A stretch of DNA of 64,000 nucleotides, from positions 15,500,001 through 15,564,000 of the forward strand of contig NC_092671.1 in NCBI RefSeq assembly GCF_964355755.1. The letters run 5' to 3'. This DNA is from Antedon mediterranea (lineage: Eukaryota > Animalia > Echinodermata). Of this stretch, positions 28,201 to 39,967 are shown one piece after another. The notes under the pieces were generated by a model. The model made no database searches. It worked only from the letters and a program-made list of their open reading frames with translations, and was not told where the DNA came from. The stretch's first letter is position 1; the number at the start of each line of letters is the position of its first letter. The position numbers and the translations under genes are program-made.

Positions 28201-31200
28201 TAGACAGGTAGGGCAGAGACAAAGTGTAAATCAGAGAGCATGTCTTGTATTTACTAGGCCTATAGTTTCAGAATTGTTCTAACCTTAGAAAGCAAAGAAA
28301 AAATGTCACTACCAGTGAATTAATTGTTACTTAAAGCCATATTTCTCATATGAAGGTATTATTCCACATATATTACAATCAAATGTATTAATTACCATAA
28401 AGGCAGACTTTCCACATCCTGGTTTTCCAACCACTCCAACCAAACCACTTGTCATGCTTTTGATGGCAATCAGACTACCTTTCAACTTGTTTTTACGGCC
28501 AACAAATTGGCTTAAATGTGATGACATATAATCTTCATGTAAATCGTTCTCGGATTCCTTTTCTTCTTCTTCGTCTTGGTCCTGTAATTTAATAAAAAAA
28601 ATAAATGTGTTTAGTAAGTGTTCTTTGAAAACTAGTTCTTAAATTAGCCCTTTTTTGCAATCAATTTTTACCTTGAAATCTATGAATTCATCTTTTATTG
28701 CTTGCCACAAGTTGTTCACGACACGATTTCCAAACTGTTCTAATCCAGATAAGACTGGCTTACCATCTACAACACCTCCCCATTCACATGGATACCTAAC
28801 AAAATCAAATGATAACATCAACATGTTTGTTTGTTTGTTTCAAACTCCATTTCATTTATTAAAATAAAATTCTAAAAGCTTAATTGTAAGAGTTGAAGTT
28901 TAAATCAAATATAGTTTTAGTTGGTAGGTTTATATTTGCATAATATTTGTATAAAAATACTGTACTTACATATCGTAAACTTCGAGAGGGCTCTTGCGAA
29001 TTCTTTCCTTTAGATTACCCCAATTGTCATCTGCAGAGAGGCTGTCATTGCGGAAATCTGATTTCCATTTATCAGGAATTTTGCTTTGAAAAATATTTTG
29101 TTGTTTTAATAATCTATTTATATATGCAGTACCTAATTGGCCAAATTTTGCTTCAATAGATTAAAATAATTTTACAAAACCAACATATACACATGATATT
29201 AATAAAGACACAGGGTTTGAACTCTGATAGAGGAATCTTACCACCACGTGATTGAACTACAGTTCTAGAAATTAATTTTACTACTTACTCAATTATGGCA
29301 TCAGTCCTGAAGTAGAAGAATGCTCGACCTACAGCGGACTCAGGGTTCGCAAGGGCACCATGCTGCATCTCAAGCTCCGTGATTGAGCGTCCTGTAGGAT
29401 AATCTTTCAACCAATCAAATTCCTCAGATTGTTTGGATACATCATATGATTCTGGTACATAACCGTAGCGATTCCCCAGCAAACCGATAAAGAAGTTAGA
29501 TCGAGAAACTTCACCAAGACATACTTCAATTGATCTGCAAAAAATCATAATATAAAAATCATGATATAAAAATTACTTTTTTCAGTGCAAAACAATTTAT
29601 GTTGTGTATTTTTGTGTACAATTTTCCTCAAATAAATGTCTTTGTATGGAATTGAAAAGATATCTATTGTTTAGCACTTTCAGTTTCTAAAAATAGAGTT
29701 ATTACTGACCCATTCTGTTTTGCTTCCTGTTCAGTGACACCCCATCGTAGGTCAACTTCATAGACGTTAATGTGATGTTTCTTTGCTCGTGCCCTTAATT
29801 CTGGAAAGACGCACCTTGTCAAAATATCACGTTCCCCATGCATGTCACGAAACGTTGAGGAAATAAATACTCTTGCTGTTCGCCACCTAACATGAACAAA
29901 ATAGCACCACATTAACAATGTGATGTAAATCAACATGAATCAATTTTTTGTTATTTAGAAAGAAGAAGAAACATTTTAGAGCTGGAGGAAAGCTTTGAAA
30001 TTTCATTGAAAAAAATGTAGGATTACAGTACCTTGGTGCTTTGATGACAGATGGTATTGACATTGATCCTTCAGTCTCTGAAGTAGCCGCCATTTTACTT
30101 GCTGCCTTGGCAACTGCAGCCTCCTAGTGTAAACAAAAAAATAACTATGTTTTTCATTTATTCAAATATTTTTATTCTTGTACACACCCTAAGAAATATC
30201 CCCCACCAGCTTTTTTATAAAGACGTCAAAATTCAATTGCATAGCTAATAATTATTATTACCAATACCTGTTCTGGCACCAATTTCTGAGCTTTGTCGAT
30301 GTTCTCCACATGGGTCAACTGTCCACCACCTCCTCGTTCCGCAATATACCTCAAGATCTGATCACTGTAGCCAGCAATAAAGATATCATTCTCATTCTCT
30401 GGCTGTAAATCAGCTAGTCTGTGAGAACAAAACTAACATTAATATTCAATTCAATTCATTCCGGATTTTACAATACAAACAAACACATACATCACACATG
30501 CTAGACCCGTGGACTCTAACAGTGAACTAAATCGCTTTCGATGGGACTTAAACATTTATATTGGCAAGAGATAAAACATATTTACAGTATTTGTATGAAG
30601 AATTAAACCTATACTTACCCTGAAGATTTCCTGCTAAGATCTACATTGACAAAAAGCAAATTGGGGTTGACGATCTTTCGATATTTTTTGAGAAAATTAC
30701 CAACCAATTTCCCTTGATCACTGTCCATTTTCAAGCCATCCGAGAGGATTACAAGATTGTCAAGCTGAAATACAGCATACAAAAATAAGTGTAAAGCTCC
30801 GGCTACACTATCAAACTATGTGTCAAAAAAATATGATGTGCCCATATATGGACATGTTGTCATATCACTACCATATTTTGGCATATCACTACAATACTGT
30901 ATTTGGGCACATCACACTTTTTTGTCACATAGTTTGATAGTGTAGACAGAGCTTTAGTTATTAAGTTTTTATGTAACTTTGCTGGACAGTTAATGAGCTG
31001 GGCATGTTCAGTTAGTACTTTCTTAACTCCAGGTTTAATTGACCACTATTCATCATTAGAATGTACAGTATGTGCGGCAGTGGACTTGCAATGATATTGA
31101 TATTGATGGAAGAATGATCAAGCCTTACTTGCATTCTGTCTCTAATCATTTCAAAGAATGATTCATCACTCAAAACAGCTTCGCCAGTTGCATCATCTGC

Positions 31201-34009
31201 AGCAGTCATGACCTTTAAAAAAAGAGTAAGAAACATCAAACATGATACAGACATTGGGTTATACCATTTGTGGAAAGGGGTGTTCAATGTAAATTTTTCT
31301 TTTCAAGTTATATTTCGCTCTTTAAGGGCTATTGTCGGTTTATCTAGGTAAGCTAGGAACGAAATAGTCTAAGTATCGTCCTATTGTCTTCATCACTCTA
31401 TCTTTCCAATTTTCAGGTAGACATTCAAACAAAAAAGACAATTTTAACTCTACCTCAGAGCAATCAATGACACTCTTCATATTATCCAAAATGGTTCCTT
31501 TCTCAAGTTCAACTTTCATCTGTTGACCATTGGCATAGATTATCAATGTACATTCCTCACAAGAGTACTTGCACATGAGACCAAGCAAAACACCAACTTC
31601 CAGAACCTGCAATAAAAAAAATATACAATAGTTTAGTCTCAATGGAAGAATTTGCCTCAGTCATGGTAATTAATGTCCATTAAGCTATGATCCCAAAATA
31701 ATATCTTTTTTTAGAACTAGGTACATATATTAACAAAATCAAACAAGTTAAAACTGCCTCAATATAAATTTATTAACACATGAAAAAGAAAAGAATTGTA
31801 ACAAAGGATAACATATATCCGTCTCAAAATTGCATAATACAACAAATCAGTCAATCAAAGATGTCAACAAACAAAAAGCTATAAAAACATGCCTCCAAAA
31901 GCTAAGGTGTATCTACCCTGCCTATGCAGCTCTATTTATTCATCATATATTAACATAAATGCTTCATTGGTTGTGGTGAAACCAGTTGAAATAACTTGAT
32001 TGTTCATTTGTAAGCATATTAAAATTGCTGTATGAATGTTCAACAACTCAAAAGACATCACATTATTTCTTCAATGTAAATCTCTTATACAATTCTAGTC
32101 ACTTCTAAAATCTCACCTTTTCCAATAACTATTGTTGGTCTTTTAGTGCTGTGAGACATCAGTTAATAGCGCTTTATAAAATTATATTATTATTAATATT
32201 ATTACATACCGACTTAGGTCTTCCAAGTCCTTTTGCTGATGTACATGGAATTTTCATATGTGCTCCAACATTCAGGAAAATCATGGTGCGTCCTGGGATA
32301 GGAGACACGTTATAAGACGTGGCAATCTTGACAGCTGTGTCTAATGCTTTACGGTATCTCTCCAAGATAAGGACATCATACATTTTTTCTCTATCGGTTC
32401 AAAAAGTGGTAGATTACTTTATTACTAATTTATAGCATAAAATGTAAGTATATTGGTTTACAAGCTATCATTATGGTTAGAGGAATTAATTATCTTCACA
32501 CTTTGAGTGGCAAATATGTACTACAGTATGTATGTATTTATATTTATATAACCTGAGATGACAAAGGAATTTTAAACACCCTAAGCACCAATGGATGACC
32601 CCAAAATCACTCTCTAGATTTTGATTCAAGAATACAAAAATGGGGGTGTATGGTAACCCCCTCTTCCTTGTTTACATACTTGACTATTACTTCTTTTTTC
32701 TTATTTTTCTTTCTTATATTGTGTTTTGCCATTTGTTCTTTCTTCATAGCAGCTTTGATGATTGCTCCTTCTATAGAAACAATTTAAAAAAATACAGTAA
32801 TAGTTTTTATTATGTCTTGTCATCCTTATCTTCATAACTATGATGTATAAACAACACTTCTATCACTAACAAAAGGAAATACTGTACATATTTATGTGTT
32901 TACAAAATACAAGTTAGTCTATGAACATCATTTTAATTAATGCTGAAAAACAAATGAATGGCTTGAAGATCTTACCGGACTTTTCCAGATCTTGTTGAAG
33001 TTGTCGAAGGGCTTCATATGCAGAGAAAAATCTAAATGGGAACTGGCGACTATTGACAACTGCATTCTGATTGGTCAGTCTTTTTATGACCCCATCATGA
33101 TGTTTTTGTGACATACCAGATTGTATCATATTACGAAGATTCCTCAACATTGCCATGAATGGCAACTTTTTGTTATCTACAAAGATCACAAAACCAAATG
33201 TAATTAATTTATTGGAGTAAAAATTTAAATTAATTTAAAAATTGCTTTGTATTAGGAGATTATGGCCAATGATACAGTATCAGTAATAGAAAACTAACAA
33301 TTTACATTAAAATATAATACAACTCTTCCAATACTGGCCAAATACGTCTGGTTTTCAGGAAAGTCTGTTATGCTATCTGTCTGTTATCTGGTAAAAATGA
33401 ATTTGGGACCTGTTTGACCTAAAAAAAAGTCTGTATTGAGAGAGTTTACTGTATTGATGTTGTAAGCAAATACAGAATTCAAATATTCAGCCATGTTTAA
33501 GCCATAGCAACAATTATTAAGTTTTAAAATATCTACCTAACAAGCGTTCCCATGTTTTTGCTTTGTTGCCAAACTTTGAAACCTGAGTTTCCCATGTTTC
33601 AGGTATTGCCAATTTCATTCTCTTTCCAGCCATATCTGCATCCCAAACACCAGTTAATTTGGCCTTATAGAAGCTCTCCAAGTCCTCTGGATACCTGTAA
33701 ATAAAACAAAACAAATCCATAAATATTAAAATATGAAAAGATATAAAAAAACAAGATATACACAGATCTGCATTACATGATTGCCTGCATATGCACCTAT
33801 AGTTGGATGCCCGCATGTACCTATTTAGACTGATTTTATTAGCAATGTTTGTTTGTTTTATTCGTTTACCACACACATTTTAATACAAAGTAAGACAAAT
33901 AATTGAAAGATATAGTAGTAATACAGTGTGTGATAGGTCACCAAAATAAGATTGCAAAGAATCTTTAAGTCATGGCCACCAGTTAAAATAAAAATAAAGA
34001 AAAAAGTAC

Positions 34010-34045
<36 letters not shown>

Positions 34046-36491
34046 AATAATAATAATAATAATAATGTGATATTTGCTCGCATAACATCCACAGTATGCC
34101 CCTAAAAGATTATTGTTATGGTGCCTTCAAAACATCACGTGGTTACACATGGACTGTTATGCAGTCATCTAATATTATTCTTTCAATGTTTCGAATTTAG
34201 TTTATTACTTCTTTCCAACAAGTGCCATGACATAGTTGGCTGGTTCCTTGATGTGCAACTTTCGTATAAGTTGTTTGAGGGTAAAGGTCAATTTGACAAG
34301 CTCCTCTTCTGTTTCCTCTAGCTCATCTTTCACTACATCCTGAAAACAAATTTTAAAAACAAAAATTCAATAAAAAGGGAGAGACAATTTAAAGGTGAAT
34401 TCGATGGTTATTGTTGGTAGTTTTATTAAAAAATAATAACAAAAAGAAGCATTATAATGTATGGCAAGTGATTTTTATCTTTTAAAGTAAATTCTGTTTC
34501 CCATAAAATGACAATATATATGATAATTATTTGATCGGACATTCATGACATTTGTAGCAATTGTAAATTTCCCAATAAGTCTGTGAATTTGCAGGACTAA
34601 ACATCTGACCAATTCGGTTTGTGTAATTACCTCATCATCTTCCGAGTTAGAATCTTCAGTTTCTTTCGCTTTTTCCCGTTCTGCATGATCCTGATATTTC
34701 CTTTTAGCAATAGTCATCTTTTCACTCTTTTTCTTTGGCTTTCCTTTCTTGTCTTTGTTGTACTTGGCTATAATATTAACAACATCATGATGTAAAAAAC
34801 ACATACACATAATATCGATACGTTATTTTATTTAACAGTTGTAGGCCAACTTACCTAATTGATATTCATCAAAGTCTGGGAATTTTGCTGTCATAACTTT
34901 TCTCAAAGCAGAGGGAAGCGAGCCAAAGTTGATAGACTTATCATTCAATGTCTGCAAATGATACAACAATTTATAGTCAAATATTATTTAACCGTTTTGT
35001 AACCAAATATGTGAACTTATTAAAACAAAATAAGTAAACAGTGATATGCAAATGACCCACCTGATAAGTCTCTGCTACATCAATCCAATCAGATGGCAAT
35101 CTGATGGATGCTGAGAAGTACTTCTTTAGATAAGCTCGGCATGGTCTACGATTAGATGCAAAGGCTATCAAGAAGTTGGAGGTAGTTCTGATGTTTAACT
35201 CAGATCGGCAGTACAAGGCAACCTGTCAAATATATTCAATATAGTATTCATTAAGTAATGTTTTACAATATTCATTTAAATGCATAATTTTGTCTGCATT
35301 TATGAATACAGTAAACATCTCATAAATATTCCAATTAAACTTCAGAGAGAGAGAGAAAAGCACCAACCTTTTCTATATCTTAAACATTTAAGAAGTAACT
35401 GAAATGGAACTTACCTTTAGAATAAACTCAGCATCATGGGATATAACGCAATCTGCTATGTCCATCAAATTACATCGTGTCTTGTCGTGCTTGTTGCGAA
35501 AATCAGTTGAGCCAATTAGTGAAGCACTTACGCAGTTAATAAAATTTTTCTAGAAAAACAATATTTTAACACATATTTTTAGTACTTTATTTATAAAAAG
35601 GTGGTGTAAGATGTAAAAGATGCAACATTAATATTTTTAACAACAAAATGATGAGATATTATCTAAAAATACAATATTTTACAAAATATTAGGCAAGATG
35701 TAAAAGGTGAACTTTAAATATTGGAAAAAAATTTCTTATTACATGAATGAATTTTAATGAAATTTTAATCTCACCTTTAAAGAATTTACCATGTCAACTG
35801 AATTGACCTCTGCAAATTTTAATTCCAAGTGAGGTGATGTGAACATGTCATCATCTTCTTCTTCAAAATCGGCACTGTTGTCATGGAAATCATAAATAGG
35901 CATTTCAAAATCTGTTTCCATAGTTATGACCTCATCCCCAATAATGACCTTTTCCTTCCGAGTTGCTTTGATAGTGTTTGTGTTCAGAAGATACGACGGT
36001 GATGAGCTGCTTGTTTTTATGAGTTTTCCTTTTAACAACAAGTTTGAAGACAGATTGGACGATAAAAGGGATGATGAAAGTCCAGATGATAACTTCAAAG
36101 AGCTGGACAGAGCACTTTTGGAGCTGAGTGTAGAACCTCTTAATAGATCTTTCCGTTGCCCACCAAGGGTTAATCTTGATGTAAGAGAAGATGAGGAAAG
36201 AAGCAAATTTGATCGTAGATTCGGTCTTAATGACTGATTTGCGGTGGTGATGGTCTGATTTTCATCTGGTTTATTAGAGGTTGTCTCAATGATACTTCCT
36301 GATTTCTCCAGCAAATTATCCTTATTCTTCAAAGGTGTGCCACTTGATTTGAGGGAACTTTTTCCAAGAAGAAGCGACTTAGAGTGCAACAGGTTCTTTC
36401 TTTTATTGGTTCCAGTAAAACCAGAGATCTTAGTAGAACCTCTGAGATTGCTACTTAGCAGCAAATGGTTTGAACGTGTTTTAGAATCCAT
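13266..36491 (-). CDS. TEP1: Telomerase protein component 1 (TROVE/vWA, DUF4062-like, NACHT NTPase, many WD40 repeats); more than 40 exons
   Basis: TROVE motifs LYCRSELNIRTTSNFL, KRMKLAIPETWETQVS, KLPFMAMLRNLRN and SRQFPFRFFSAY. DUF4062-like RVFISSTFRDMHGERD...DLRWGVTE and FIGLLGNRYGY. Walker A GKPGCGKS (~28400-28430) and FIDGVDDL. WD40 exons from ~24300 to 13266, ending IGQFYC...GDKLGNVYFLKSDA*. Probable ATG at 36491, just after a splice acceptor at 36507-36508. Possible poly(A) signal at 11507-11512. Confidence 0.96.
14489..14668. mobile_element. Fold-back MITE (whole element is an imperfect palindrome)
   Basis: ATAAGC..CTTCGATAACTCCAGAGG..CATATTTACAAGG..ATCGGGACAA mirrored by TTGTCCCGAT..CCTTGTAAATATG..CCTCTGGAGTTATCGAAG..GCTTAT. 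Confidence 0.8.
18945..19006 (+). mobile_element. tRNA-derived SINE head / tRNA-like remnant
   Basis: A-box-like TGGTCTAGGT and B box GGTTCGAATC at tRNA-like spacing; no intact cloverleaf. Confidence 0.55.
20258..20854. mobile_element. Second non-autonomous Kolobok-like element
   Basis: TIR AGACCCCTTCCCT...AGGGAAGGGGGCT with TTAA on both flanks; CpG-rich interior. Confidence 0.85.
22143..22418. mobile_element. MITE family A copy with an internal AT-rich insertion
   Basis: AGTTCTGTCTACAC...GATAGTGTAGACAGAGCT. Confidence 0.8.
23078..23231. mobile_element. MITE family A copy
   Basis: AGCTCTGTCTACACTATCAAAC...TTTGATAGTGTAGACA. Confidence 0.85.
27565..28192. mobile_element. hAT-like non-autonomous element with a 5-bp TSD
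   Basis: TIR CAGGCCCGTAT...ATACGGGCCTG with GTAAT on both flanks; subterminal GCTCGCTTCGCTCGC and a GC-rich end. Confidence 0.8.
30795..30953. mobile_element. MITE family A copy
   Basis: TIRs and TWA flanks. Confidence 0.85.
33318..33453. mobile_element. Tc1/mariner (pogo/Tigger-like) MITE; inverted relative of 53535-53690
   Basis: Ends GAGAGTTTACTG-TA. Shared internal GTCCCAAATTC and CAGACTTTCC motifs with the copy at 53535. Confidence 0.6.
34009..34066. repeat. (AAT)n microsatellite
   Basis: Directly visible. Confidence 0.95.
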
Positions 36492-36660
36492 TTGACCAAG
36501 TTTCACCTATTAATAAGAGTAAATTAAACAAAAACAATTTAGACTATTATTATATGAGACGGTACCTTTCTTATGAGACTAATGGTTAAGAATTGGAGAC
36601 TTGTACTTCATCCGATGATTGATACATTTCACCAAATTATTGATCAACATTAAGTACATC

Positions 36661-38836
36661 TGTTATGCGCGATTTGAACGATTTGCGCAATTTGAAATTG
36701 CGCAAAAAAAATCCTTGCGCAATTTGAATTGAAACATGTGTTTCAAATTGCGCAAGCAACGTATTAAATTGCGCAAGTAATCTGCAAATTGCGCAAGGTT
36801 TTTCGACAGATTGTGAAATCATGCACACCCATATTTTTATAGTAATTTCTAAGAATGATTCAAAATTAAAGATAAATATCGCATTTCCTTATTTTAGTAG
36901 TGCAAATATTGTTATAAGTTAGCATACCGTCGAAGAACCGACGAAGGAAAACGAAGCGGTGGTGTTCCACCAGGCGGGCGTGGCGCGGGCGGCCGGCTAT
37001 ACTACTCTAGCCTAGCTAGGGTCTGGACTACTGATACTGACTAGGTTACATGGCCTAGCTTAAACTAATATTAAAAACTTAATTTTTACATTTATTTTGA
37101 TTTATTTCAAGTTACAGTGATAATATTATTTAATTGTAATAATAAATGTTATGTATTTATTATACACATGTTATCTTCGCATTTATTATGTTTTATTTTG
37201 AGTTATTTAGTTTCCAATAAATTATTATAACTAGATGGCACGCTCGCTTCGCTCGCGTACCATCTAGGTCGTGCCCACAGATGGTTCTCGAATACACAGT
37301 ATTTCCAGTGAGAAAAAAATGGAGATTTCAAATGTACGTACTGCAGGACTATAATACATTGTCGTTTACAGAAACGAATAAATATACACAATGATTTATG
37401 TAGTCAACCAAAATTAGCACCCTGGGAATTACTTCCGAGAGAGAAACAAAATGAGTCAAATTTTTTTATTTGGACTCATTTAAACAAACCCAATTTGTGT
37501 TTTGTATGTAACATTAGGCCTAAGGGTTGAGGGATGGGGGAAGAAGATAGGTACAAAGAGGAAACATTTTAAAATATATTCCTATCCACTCAGTAACGAA
37601 ATATTGTTTTTAATGTTTTATAGGCCTATAAATAATATACCACTAAATACAGTAAAACATTTACGATTTAATACTTTGTTAAAACTCTCACTGTCATAGT
37701 CGAATGAAATAGTAAAGTACATGTAACGATACACCCTACGACGTTTATATATTTTTAAATTATTAATTAATACAAACGTTGAGAAGCAACTGTCAGTAAT
37801 AACGTTTATTTATTTGTATATTATATGTTTATAATCTAACAGTAGGGCCTACCCACACTCACAGTAATACAGTTTATTTGTATATTTGTTTATATTATAT
37901 CTAACAGTACCAACACTCACAGTAAGAAATTTGCGATTCAAATTGCGATCAAAAGTGGTTAATACCTTAACAGTATTGTACAGCATTGCAATACTATTTA
38001 TGTTTATTCTCCAAGGGGGCCCATAAATCTAAATCTATACCTGTATGGTTAAACCAAATAATTTGGAATGTTCCATTCATCACAAATCAATACATTTGTA
38101 AAAACGTATATTACGTGTATCAAAATAGCATTTTTTAAAGAAAATCGGCCTGTCTTCAACATTATGATGCTGTACTCGAACTCTTCAACCGGTTTTCAGC
38201 TATTAAAAACAATTATCGCAGGAGGAGATAGGAAAATGCGAAGTGTCCTCGTATTATTGTGTGCGGGTATTTTTCAAATTGACATCCATTAGACAGTGTA
38301 TACCACGATCGGAAAACACCCCTATTTGGGGCAAATCGTTGAACCTAAATTCGTTTTAATCGTCAATAACTAATTATCGAACTCAATTTAATTAGTAAAC
38401 AGGGTTACATCAGGTGGTTAAAATCAGTACCGAAAGTACGAACCAACTTTATATACCATCGAGTGAACATTCTAGAAATAACGCACGATTTACCGAATTT
38501 TGCCCTTACGTAAATTTATATATAGATACCGATTGTCTGGTAGAATTTTGTTGCGCAATTTGAAAATTTACAGTTCGTTTTCAAATTGCGCAAAGGTGTC
38601 ATTTTGCGCAAGAACTATCTTGCGCAATTTACAAATTGTGCAGCGCAATTTAAAATTGCGCAAAGATTTTCTTGCGCAATTCTAAATTGCGCAAGTTGAT
38701 TGCGCAATTTGAAATTGCGCAAAAAAATCCTTGCGCAATTTTAAATTGCGCAAGAATTCTTTGCGCAATTTCAAATTGCGCAAGGATTTTTTTGCGCAAT
38801 TTCAAATTGCGCAAATCGTTCAAATCGCGCATAACA
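36661..38836. mobile_element. Non-autonomous Ginger-like DNA transposon (~2.2 kb) with TTGCGCAA subterminal arrays
   Basis: Termini TGTTATGCGCGATTTGAACG...CGTTCAAATCGCGCATAACA, ~65-bp TIR, 4-bp TSD CATC (36657-36660 and 38837-38840). TGT..ACA ends with a 4-bp TSD fit Ginger; no integrase ORF seen. Confidence 0.8.
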
Positions 38837-39967
38837 CATCCAATACTGGCACCTCTGGGGGACTTTCCCTTACTTCCAACAACCACTGACCAACACCAGT
38901 ACCCTCTAAAAAGATGTTTACTTTTCATGCAATGATATTAAAATTTATTGCAATAATATATAGCCTATAAATAATACGCAAATAATATTCAAACGGTAAA
39001 TTAAGATCGTAGGCCTACTTACCGTAATTATAGTGTAGTGTACGTAGTAACAGGGGCCTCACTCAATTAGTATGATTTATGAGGTTTCTGGTTTAGGCCT
39101 ACATAAGCTTCGGCTAATTCAAATTTACCTGTTAGTTAGTGTACTTGCAACTTGAATGTTCTTGAAAATGCCTAGAAGCAGGCGTTTTGCACAGCTATAT
39201 GATGCAAGGGTGTGCTAACTAGGAAGAATTCAGCCTAGATCAGCATTCTTAACTCGATTGCACCATCATTGCTCAGTTGTTGCTATAAACTACCTTGACC
39301 CAATAAATGCACTGACATAAGAATATGACCTGAGAACTCATCAAAGGATGTACCGCCATGAACCAATCATGTTGCTTGTATTAGATCACCTGACAGCGAT
39401 TAGTTGCGGTTCATTTGAAGTACATACAATAATATCGTATTAATAATATATTTTAATTATTATATAAAAAATATTTTTTGAAAGAACATAAAATATAAGA
39501 TATTGTATATATTCTTATTTTTAAGTACTTCGCGCCAGTAGCTTGATATGTACTCTGTTATTGATATAATATTTTTCTTATTAATATTATAAAAAAGGTT
39601 TGTTCTATTTAAATTTGGAGTGTCTGTACAATTCTTATTTTTAGAAGAAATAAATAGCTAGATGCTCAGATCTCTGCTAGATAGTATTTACATATTTAAA
39701 TCAACCAAAATGTATTATTATAAAACGACCTAGAATATACTATATATCAGCAATTTTCGTACGGCTGAAACGAAAAGTTGACGTTTGCCCAGTGATCTGT
39801 TCTCTCTCTGCGTTTTCCACACGTCACATAAGTGTTATTTTGGGTCTGTCGCCCTCTATTTTACCACGATAGAAAACATTTTTTCGCTCGACTTTCATAT
39901 ACACACGTCGTATTTAGTAAATCTCGTATTTTTATCGTGACAAATTACGAAATATATTCAGTAAAAA
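38837..39967. promoter_or_regulatory. Divergent TEP1/UBXN4 promoter region, with a probable non-coding TEP1 first exon ending at ~39129
   Basis: Head-to-head genes. Minus-strand donor CAG|GTAAAT at ~39128. CCAAT near 39363. CpG-containing segment 39755-39950 includes CCACACGTCA. Confidence 0.55.

Noticed and set aside
38500-38935. Overlapping LRN/AQF-repeat ORFs (also 36637-36828)
   Set aside because: Artefacts of the TTGCGCAA subterminal arrays
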